Made by a program: the position numbers and the translations under genes
Notes under the pieces: model-generated
What the model was told of the DNA's origin: nothing
The model's input: only the letters and a program-made list of their open reading frames with translations
The model's database searches: none
From: a virus
Lineage: Duplodnaviria; Heunggongvirae; Uroviricota; Caudoviricetes
Reading direction: 5' to 3' (one strand)
DNA length: 6,234 nt
Virus record (IMG/VR): IMGVR_UViG_2706794689_000012
In this document: positions 1 to 6,234 of the stretch, piece by piece
Numbering within the stretch: position 1 is the stretch's first letter
How the letters are laid out: each line of letters starts with the position of its first letter

Positions 1-305
1 GGGTGATCGGCGTGTCATATTTCACTTCCGTACCCAGCACCGTCTCGGAGCCGGAGGATTCAAATCCCTCCGGCGGTGACTGCTCCTGCTCACCTGCCCG
101 GAACACCACCGTGACGCCGGAGATGTTGGTATTCCCCTCACTGTCCAGCACCGGCGTACTGTTCAGCAGCACGCTTTTTAATCCATCCACCGGACCTTCA
201 ACCGGCCCTTCGCTGATGGCATCGATCACACTCAGCAGCTGCGTGGACTTCAGGTTGTCCTTCGCTTCGCGCGGGGTATGCCCCTTACTGCTGCCTTTAC
301 CCATT
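1..305 (-). CDS. J: Tail tip fibre / host-specificity protein J, N-terminal 101 codons; gene continues past the window start
   Basis: Not in the ORF track because it runs off the window edge. Minus-strand ATG is the reverse complement of 303-305, with GGAG about 9 nt upstream. Translation reads MGKGSSKGHTPREAKDNLKSTQLLSVIDAISEGPVEGPVDGLKSVLLNSTPVLDSEGNTNISGVTVVFRAGEQEQSPPEGFESSGSETVLGTEVKYDTPIT with no stop to position 1. I recognise this as the lambda gpJ N-terminus from memory. Confidence 0.88.
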
Positions 306-364
306 CGTCATGCTCCATAAACGATAAAACCGCCCGGAGGCGATTTCACATAAAACATTTTGCA

Positions 365-1036
365 TCAGCGACCAATCACCACAACCTGACCACCGTCCCC
401 TTCGTCTGCCGTGCTGATCTCCTGAGATACCACACGTGACCCCACGCGCATTTCACCATACAGAACAGGCATAACATTGCCCTGGGCAACCATGTTATCC
501 AGTGAGGAGAAATAGGTGTTCTGCTTACCGTTATCCGTTGTCTGTGTGCGGGGAGTTCTGGCTTTCGGTGCCAGCATCTGAGCCACACCGCCGAGCACCA
601 TACTGGCACCGAGAGAAAACAGAATGCCGGTCATACCACCGGCACCAATGGCAGCCCCCCATGCTGCAAGGGTGGCTCCGGCGGTAAAGAATGATCCGGC
701 AATGGCGGCTGCTCCCAGGACAATCTGGAATACACCACCTGACTTGGCCCCGGCGACTCTGGGAACAATATGAATCACAGCGCCGTCAGGCAGAGCCTCA
801 TGTAACTGTGCCGTTAATCCGGACGTGCTAACATCCTGCCCGGCAATACGCACCTGATACCAGCCGTCGCTCAGCTTCTGACGAAACGCAGGGAGCTGTG
901 TGGCCATCGCCCGGATGGCTTCGGCACCCGTTTTCACACGAAGGTCGATGCGGCGGCCAAATCGTTGCAAATCCCCGTAAAGGCAGATGCGTGCCATGCC
1001 CGGTGACGCCAGAGGGAGTGTGTGCGTCGCTGCCAT
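365..1036 (-). CDS. I: Tail assembly protein I (223 aa): N-terminal ubiquitin-like beta-grasp region, Gly/Ala-rich hydrophobic C-terminal half
   Basis: Track ORF 365..1036 (-). Near-identical to lambda gpI as I recall it (MAATHTLPLASPGMARICLYGDLQRFGRRIDLRVKTGAEAIRA...). The C-terminal half carries glycine-zipper-like hydrophobic stretches (GAAAIAGSFFTAGATLAAWGAAIGAGGMTGILFSLGASMVLGG). The start lies 103 nt inside the 3' end of K in another frame. Confidence 0.92.
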   Translation of the reverse strand: MAATHTLPLASPGMARICLYGDLQRFGRRIDLRVKTGAEAIRAMATQLPAFRQKLSDGWYQVRIAGQDVSTSGLTAQLHEALPDGAVIHIVPRVAGAKSGGVFQIVLGAAAIAGSFFTAGATLAAWGAAIGAGGMTGILFSLGASMVLGGVAQMLAPKARTPRTQTTDNGKQNTYFSSLDNMVAQGNVMPVLYGEMRVGSRVVSQEISTADEGDGGQVVVIGR

Positions 1037-1596
1037 TTGTCGGTGTACCTCTCTCGTTTGCTCAGTTGTTCAGGAATATGGTGCAGCAGCTCGCCGTCAC
1101 CACAGTAAATGGCGGCATGATTCGGCACCGATGAACCAAAGCAGCACAGCAGCACATCGCCCGGCTGCGCCGCTGACAACGGCACCTGATACAGCCCTGT
1201 GGCCTCCAGATTATCCAGATAGAGATTCTGACCGTGACGCCACCAGTCATCCTCACGATGAAAATCCGGCATCTCAATCCCCGCCAGATGGTAAGCATCC
1301 CGGAACAGCGTGTAACAGTCCGTCACCCCGTGCTCAAAGCGCCGCCCGGTAAGATGTGGCACACAGCGGAACTTGTGAATCGCCCCCCGGCAGACCAGCC
1401 ACCACGGCAAATCACTCTGCACCTGCAGCTGCAGCCAGTCTTCCGGCGACATACGGAAATACGCCTCCGGCTCACCGGAGATATTCACGCAGGGGAAATA
1501 TCTTTCCCCCTCCGGCGTTCTTACCACGAAGCCGCACGACTCCGCTGGAGCACATCGCCGGGCGTGCGCCAGAATCGCTGATTCTGTCTCTGTCAT
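934..1596 (-). CDS. K: Tail tip assembly protein K homolog: NlpC/P60 C-terminal domain retained, MPN/JAB-type N-terminal region without a JAMM motif
   Basis: Track ORF 934..1596 (-), 220 aa. NlpC/P60 signature residues are present: Cys in GVTDCYTLFRDAY, His in VPNHAAIYCGDG, and the LLHHIP histidines. The N-terminal part has the conserved Glu (APAESCGFVV) but no H-x-H-x(n)-S-x-x-D motif anywhere. The first ATG (1594-1596) is 5 nt downstream of the L stop. An internal Met at 1450-1452 (MSPEDW...), which I believe is the classical lambda start, has GGAGG about 11 nt upstream. Confidence 0.85.
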   Translation of the reverse strand: MTETESAILAHARRCAPAESCGFVVRTPEGERYFPCVNISGEPEAYFRMSPEDWLQLQVQSDLPWWLVCRGAIHKFRCVPHLTGRRFEHGVTDCYTLFRDAYHLAGIEMPDFHREDDWWRHGQNLYLDNLEATGLYQVPLSAAQPGDVLLCCFGSSVPNHAAIYCGDGELLHHIPEQLSKRERYTDKWQRRTHSLWRHRAWHASAFTGICNDLAAASTFV

Positions 1597-1601
1597 GGGA
1601 T

Positions 1602-2300
1602 TTACTGCGAAAGTTTGTTAATGGAAAGGAAGCCGCCAAAGTTGCCGACGTTATGCGGAAACTTACAGCCACTCAGGCATTTGCTGCATTTATCCTTCGT
1701 GATGTCGGACGTTGGCTGGTCATATTCATCCGCGACCGCCGGACCGTGATAACCGCACTCATCGCCGCGATAGGTCCAGGTGCAGGTGTTGGCCAGCATG
1801 ATACGTCCCGGAAAAACAGCGCCATCTGTTTCCGTCGGCGTGGACAGTACAAAAGAGGCACTCACCGCGCTCAGTTCGCTGCACTGCTCAATGCGCCAGC
1901 GGCTGATCACCTCCTGCTCCGGATCGGCGTCACTGTTTCCGTTGACGAAGTTCACCGCATCCAGAAAACGGGCGTAAACCTTACGCCGGACCACCGTTCC
2001 GCCGACCAGACTCTGTAGATCTTCCGCCATCCCGGTGACCATACCGTACAGGTTAGAAACCGTCAGCGTGGGGCGCGTACTGGTGCCTTTGCCATTCAGT
2101 TCAAAACCACTCCCCTGAATGGGATACGGCTGATACTGTCGCCCCTGCCAGGTGACCGGCTCACCTTTTTCGTTCTGCTCATTACAGAAAAAATAACGTT
2201 CTCCACCGACCTCTGTCAGATCGATTTCCCAGAGCACCACGCTGGCCGACTGCTCCGCACGGGTGCATTCATTCAGTGTTTCCTGCCGGATATCCTGCAT
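1602..2300 (-). CDS. L: Minor tail (tail tip) protein L, 232 aa, lambda-type; Cys-rich C-terminus consistent with the Fe-S-binding gpL family
   Basis: Track ORF 1602..2300 (-). Near-identical to lambda gpL as I recall it (MQDIRQETLNECTRAEQSASVVLWEIDLTEVGGERYFFCNEQNEKGEPVTWQGRQYQPYPIQGSGFELNGKG...). Its ATG overlaps the stop of the upstream M fragment in a TGATG arrangement. Cysteines are in CTWTYRGDEC and DKCSKCLSGCK. Confidence 0.93.
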   Translation of the reverse strand: MQDIRQETLNECTRAEQSASVVLWEIDLTEVGGERYFFCNEQNEKGEPVTWQGRQYQPYPIQGSGFELNGKGTSTRPTLTVSNLYGMVTGMAEDLQSLVGGTVVRRKVYARFLDAVNFVNGNSDADPEQEVISRWRIEQCSELSAVSASFVLSTPTETDGAVFPGRIMLANTCTWTYRGDECGYHGPAVADEYDQPTSDITKDKCSKCLSGCKFPHNVGNFGGFLSINKLSQ

Positions 2301-2352
2301 CAGTTCACCACCTGTTCAAACTCTGCGCTGAACTCAACACGCAGCATACTGA
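2300..2352 (-). CDS. M: Minor tail protein M, lambda-type, last 17 codons only; the rest is in the masked block and probably 5'-truncated
   Basis: The reverse complement of 2300-2352 translates to SMLRVEFSAEFEQVVN followed by stop (TGA = reverse complement of 2300-2302). This matches the lambda gpM C-terminus as recalled. The stop shares one base with the L start codon. Confidence 0.6.
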
Positions 2353-2609
2353 NNNNNNNNNNNNNNNNNNNNNNNNNNNNNNNNNNNNNNNNNNNNNNNN
2401 NNNNNNNNNNNNNNNNNNNNNNNNNNNNNNNNNNNNNNNNNNNNNNNNNNNNNNNNNNNNNNNNNNNNNNNNNNNNNNNNNNNNNNNNNNNNNNNNNNNN
2501 NNNNNNNNNNNNNNNNNNNNNNNNNNNNNNNNNNNNNNNNNNNNNNNNNNNNNNNNNNNNNNNNNNNNNNNNNNNNNNNNNNNNNNNNNNNNNNNNNNNN
2601 NNNNNNNNN

Positions 2610-3249
2610 ACTTACAACCGCTCAGGCATTTGCTGCATTTATCCTTCGTGATATCGGACGTTGGCTGGTCATATTCATCCGCGACCGCCGGACCGCTATA
2701 ACCGCACTCATCACCGCGATAGGTCCAGGTGCAGGTATTAGCAAGCATGATGCGCCCCGGAAAAACAGCGCCGTCCGTTTCCGTCGGCGTGGACAGTACA
2801 AAGGAGGCACTGACCGCGCTCAGTTCGCTGCACTGCTCAATACGCCAGCGGCTGATCACCTCCTGCTCCGGATCGGCGTCACTGTTTCCGTTGACGAAGT
2901 TCACCGCATCCAGAAAACGGGCGTAAACCTTACGCCTGACCACCGTTCCGCCGACCAGACTCTGCAGGTCTTCCGCCATCCCGGTGACCATGCCGTGCAG
3001 ATTAGAGACTTTCAGCGTTGGCCTTGCACTGGCACCTTTGCCGTTCATCTCAAATCCACTCCCCTGAATGGGATAGGCCTGATACTGCCGACTCTGCCAG
3101 GTGACAGACTCTCCTTTCTCGTTCTGCTCATTGCAGAAAAAGTAGCGATCCCCGCCTACCTCGGTCAGGTCGATTTCCCAGAGCACCACGCTGGCCGACT
3201 GCTCCGCACGAATGCATTCATTCAGCGTTTCCTGTTGTATGTCCTGCAT
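2610..3249 (-). CDS. L: Second, diverged copy of minor tail protein L (L'); the 3' end, about 20 codons, lies in masked block 2353-2609
   Basis: The start of track ORF 2305..3249 (-) is real (ATG = reverse complement of 3247-3249). The 212 visible residues align without gaps to the L copy at 1602-2300 with 12 substitutions: R5Q, T13I, E34D, P48S, G53S, P58A, L67M, T72A, T74A, T79K, Y84H, H179S. The track's C-terminal residues after the X-run are an artefact of reading through Ns into the M fragment. Confidence 0.88.
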
Positions 3250-3376
3250 CAGATCACCACTTCGTCAAACTGACACGAAAAATCGGTATAGGTGATATGT
3301 TCTGTCGCTGACCACGTTCGACACACCACTCTGATTTTTCTGTTAATACCCGGCGGGCGCCAAAAAAAAGATTTAT
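3249..3376 (-). CDS. M: Divergent minor tail protein M homolog (M'), C-terminal 41 codons visible; the start lies in masked block 3377-3627
   Basis: The reverse complement of 3249-3376 translates to KSFFWRPPGINRKIRVVCRTWSATEHITYTDFSCQFDEVVI then stop. This aligns to the lambda gpM C-terminus (KSFLWTPPYEWRQIKVTCAKWSSRVSMLRVEFSAEFEQVVN as recalled) at roughly 45% identity. Its stop and the L' start overlap in TGATG, the same arrangement as M/L downstream. Confidence 0.68.
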
Positions 3377-3627
3377 NNNNNNNNNNNNNNNNNNNNNNNN
3401 NNNNNNNNNNNNNNNNNNNNNNNNNNNNNNNNNNNNNNNNNNNNNNNNNNNNNNNNNNNNNNNNNNNNNNNNNNNNNNNNNNNNNNNNNNNNNNNNNNNN
3501 NNNNNNNNNNNNNNNNNNNNNNNNNNNNNNNNNNNNNNNNNNNNNNNNNNNNNNNNNNNNNNNNNNNNNNNNNNNNNNNNNNNNNNNNNNNNNNNNNNNN
3601 NNNNNNNNNNNNNNNNNNNNNNNNNNN

Positions 3628-5908
3628 CCGCTGATCAACCATCCCCATAAGTGCTTTTATTGCCTGAGGGCCAATCTCTCCATTCTGGCCGTCATTTTGA
3701 ATAGTGATTTGGTATACAGGGGCATAGGTAATATCTCCGCCTCCATTACCACTTTTACTATTAATAGCTCTGACACCAAGAGAACCATCGGAAGTTCGTG
3801 TTAATGGCATAATGGCTTCCGGTCCAGCCTCACCAAAAACACCAGCCCCTTTTGCAAAAGCAAAAAATTGCGGGGAATCATAAATACCGTTCGAATACGT
3901 GCTCAATGACGGAGACTCATAAACACCGCCCTTTGCATTCGGAATAAATTTACTAATAGCACTCCCGATAGTTCCTAAAATCCCCCCAGAAGAACTGTTA
4001 CTAATGCTGTCGAAAATCCCAGTAATTGAAGCCTTTAATGCTATTCGACTAAGATCCGAAATCACGGAAGTAGCGAAAGAACGAAAATTTGCCTTGCCTG
4101 TCGTGACAAAATCACCCAGCGCATCGGTCATCCCATCAAACATCTGAGTCGTGGTTGATTTTATCTGCTCACTGATATCCTTAGTGTCATCCAGCCAGTT
4201 ATTGAATCCCTGGGAGGCACCACTAACCCAGTCTCCTGCCTGAATATCGAGCTGCTCGTTTTTCTGTCTGACAATTTCTTTTTCCCGTTCCAGAGCATCA
4301 TTCAGAGCCTGCATTTTCTCTTGAAAAACATGATCTGACATTCCACGGGATTTATCTGCATAGTCACGTTCAAGTTGCAGACGCTGATTGTTATATCCAT
4401 GTTCAATCCGCAGTAATTCCTGCTGGCGTTGCTGATTTTTATCGCCAACCCCATAACCAGCAATCTGAATATCATACCCCTGCTGACGATTATCAATCGA
4501 AGCCTGCAATGAATCACGCCATGCTGTTATTTCGGCGGATTCCTTGATTAGCCTGTTATTTTTTTCAATCGCAACATTTTTCTCCATCAACGTGGTTATT
4601 TCTTCCCGGTGTAAGAGAAGCGATTTCTGATCCTGGGTTAATTTCGATGATGGTCGTGACTCTAGGTCGGCAATCCGCTGACGCCACTTAACCAGTTCCT
4701 GTTCAGAGGAACTTAATTTAACGGTCAACTCAGCTTGTGAACTTAGTAACGCATTCTGTTGATTCAGATGATCAATCATTCGTTGGGCTGCATCATCAGA
4801 ATAACCTTTCGCCTTTGGTTGCTTTGGATCTTTATAACGCTCATTTATTTGAGCGATAAGATTATTATATTCTTCCTTTGAATACTGATTCTTTAGCTTT
4901 TCCAGTTTTGCAAGTTCACTAGCTCTCTGCTGCTCCCGGGTCTGATATTGTTTTNNNNNNNNNNNNNNNNNNNNNNNNNNNNNNNNNNNNNNNNNNNNNN
5001 NNNNNNNNNNNNNNNNNNNNNNNNNNNNNNNNNNNNNNNNNNNNNNNNNNNNNNNNNNNNNNNNNNNNNNNNNNNNNNNNNNNNNNNNNNNNNNNNNNNN
5101 NNNNNNNNNNNNNNNNNNNNNNNNNNNNNNNNNNNNNNNNNNNNNNNNNNNNNNNNNNNNNNNNNNNNNNNNNNNNNNNNNNNNNNNNNNNNNNNNNNNN
5201 NNNNNNNNTTTTGATCAAGGGAGGCCTCACGGCCAATATCCAGCATGGAATCCCATGCCCATTTTGCGGAGTCTGCGACAGCTTTCCATGCAGTCTCAAG
5301 ATAACCAAGATTTTCTTTAATCTGGTTGGTGCGCTGGATCATTGAGGATGAGTATTCTTCTGTCGCAATGCGGGCGGCCTCCTGCTGGTTCCCTTCATCC
5401 TGTAGCGCCTTAATCTGGTTATAAGTCGCAAGTGTCAGAAAATGGTACTGATCATTAAGTTTTGATATGGCACTGACAGGATCCTTTGCAATTTCATTGA
5501 AGTCATTAACCAGTTGTTCGGTTGATATTCCTGTTACTTCGCTCGTTTTTACTATCGCTGTCGTCACTTGCTCCAGCGAACTGCTCGCTACCTTTCCCGA
5601 ACGCACAANNNNNNNNNNNNNNNNNNNNNNNNNNNNNNNNNNNNNNNNNNNNNNNNNNNNNNNNNNNNNNNNNNNNNNNNNNNNNNNNNNNNNNNNNNNN
5701 NNNNNNNNNNNNNNNNNNNNNNNNNNNNNNNNNNNNNNNNNNNNNNNNNNNNNNNNNNNNNNNNNNNNNNNNNNNNNNNNNNNNNNNNNNNNNNNNNNNN
5801 NNNNNNNNNNNNNNNNNNNNNNNNNNNNNNNNNNNNNNNNNNNNNNNNNNNNNNNNNNNNNNNNNNNNNNNNNNNNTAACACCATAAATGGCGACTGACC
5901 AGTGGACA
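3628..5908 (-). CDS. H: Tail length tape-measure protein (H-like), divergent from lambda gpH; interrupted by masked blocks, with start and stop both masked
   Basis: Three visible segments are homologous to lambda gpH in colinear order. 5877-5908 gives STGQSPFMVL (lambda AGGQSPWLIL, near the N-terminus). 5209-5608 gives ...QIKENLGYLETAWKAVADSAKWAWDSMLDIGREASLDQ (lambda LKENMGTLETWADRTARAFKSMWDAVLDIGRP). 3628-4954 is a coiled-coil-rich central and C-terminal region ending ...GQNGEIGPQAIKALMGMVDQR (lambda ...GTNGQIGPAALKAVYDMARKG). Base composition is visibly AT-richer than the L-K-I-J block. The reading frame of 3628-4954 differs from that of 5209-5908. Confidence 0.82.
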
Positions 5909-6161
5909 NNNNNNNNNNNNNNNNNNNNNNNNNNNNNNNNNNNNNNNNNNNNNNNNNNNNNNNNNNNNNNNNNNNNNNNNNNNNNNNNNNNNNNNNNNNN
6001 NNNNNNNNNNNNNNNNNNNNNNNNNNNNNNNNNNNNNNNNNNNNNNNNNNNNNNNNNNNNNNNNNNNNNNNNNNNNNNNNNNNNNNNNNNNNNNNNNNNN
6101 NNNNNNNNNNNNNNNNNNNNNNNNNNNNNNNNNNNNNNNNNNNNNNNNNNNNNNNNNNNNN

Positions 6162-6234
6162 GAGCAATCAGACGTTGCAAAGCAACAACCTGTTCATCAT
6201 GCGCTTTTGCTGCTTCTCGCTCTGCCTGAGCCTC
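6162..6234 (-). CDS. Partial open frame upstream of the H-like gene: either the C-terminus of the preceding tail-assembly gene (G/GT position in lambda) or an N-terminal extension of H
   Basis: The reverse complement of 6162-6234 reads EAQAEREAAKAHDEQVVALQRLIA with no stop, in a different frame from the H-like segment at 5877-5908. By spacing relative to lambda gpH the H start should fall near here or just inside masked block 5909-6161. Only 24 codons are visible and I do not recognise them. Confidence 0.25.

Noticed and set aside
3-320. Plus-strand ORF of 105 aa at the window start
   Set aside because: It is antisense to the clearly recognisable N-terminus of J on the minus strand. It sits in GC-rich DNA where long spurious frames are common and has no recognisable domain.
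325-350. Short GC stem (CGCC/GGCG) followed by a T-run on the minus strand in the I-J spacer, resembling a weak intrinsic terminator
   Set aside because: The stem is only 4-5 bp and J must be co-transcribed with I in the late operon. It is more likely spacer or RBS context than a terminator.
987-2018. Plus-strand ORFs 987..1352, 1234..1581, 1356..2018, 1780..1977, and the duplicate 2729..2926
   Set aside because: All are antisense to K, L or L'. The conserved pair 1780..1977 and 2729..2926 is conserved only because both lie opposite the two L copies. They are Pro/Arg/Ala-rich, typical of wrong-frame translation of GC-rich coding DNA.
1423-2969. CTGCAG (PstI) hexamers at 1423-1434 and in L', considered as evidence of a cloning-derived deletion
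   Set aside because: Cut-and-religate at PstI sites would leave a single CTGCAG, not the tandem pair seen at 1423-1434. There is no vector sequence in the window, so I treat the K change as a natural or assembly-level indel.
3362-3369. A8 (T8 on the coding strand) homopolymer inside M' coding sequence
   Set aside because: It encodes Phe-Phe in frame (KSFFW) and the frame stays open on both sides. There is no evidence of slippage or frameshift here.
2276-3804. Track ORFs whose proteins consist largely of X (2276..2701 +, 3292..3804 +, 3249..3638 -, and the X-containing tail of 2305..3249 -)
   Set aside because: These are open only because N-runs cannot encode stops. Only the visible parts that match known proteins were annotated.
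4302-4517. Minus-strand 71-aa ORF inside the tape-measure gene
   Set aside because: It is an alternative frame within a well-supported H-like coding region, with no ribosome-binding site or homology.
1-6234. Defence or accessory system, such as a toxin-antitoxin, restriction or abortive-infection gene, hidden among the tail genes
   Set aside because: Every visible coding segment is accounted for by tail structural or assembly genes in canonical order, with overlapping start and stop codons and no spare intergenic space. Any such cargo would have to lie entirely inside the masked blocks, which I cannot assess.

Overview
This window is the tail-tip morphogenesis block of a lambda-like (lambdoid, enterobacterial) prophage or phage, with every gene on the minus strand. 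It is ordinary phage structural DNA; I see no tRNA, CRISPR array, IS element, integrase or defence-type cargo gene, and I do not find a novel biological system in the visible sequence. Reading 5'->3' on the minus strand (high to low coordinates) the order is: a divergent, AT-richer tape-measure gene (H-like) -> a divergent M-like gene -> a first L copy (L') -> [masked] -> the last 17 codons of a lambda-type M -> a second L copy -> K -> I -> the first 101 codons of J. Gene order, the M/L start-stop overlap, the 103-nt K/I overlap and the ~60-nt I-J spacer match phage lambda as I recall it. Five N-runs (2353-2609, 3377-3627, 4955-5208, 5609-5876, 5909-6161) hide the H-like start, the H/M' junction and the L'/M junction, so those are inferred. 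Three things deserve a second look: (1) a duplicated but diverged M-L module; (2) a K gene that lacks any JAMM metalloprotease motif and is 27 codons shorter than my recollection of lambda gpK; (3) a homology and base-composition breakpoint inside L'. All product calls rest on recognising lambda protein sequences from memory, not on a database search. All plus-strand ORFs in the track are antisense or N-run artefacts.
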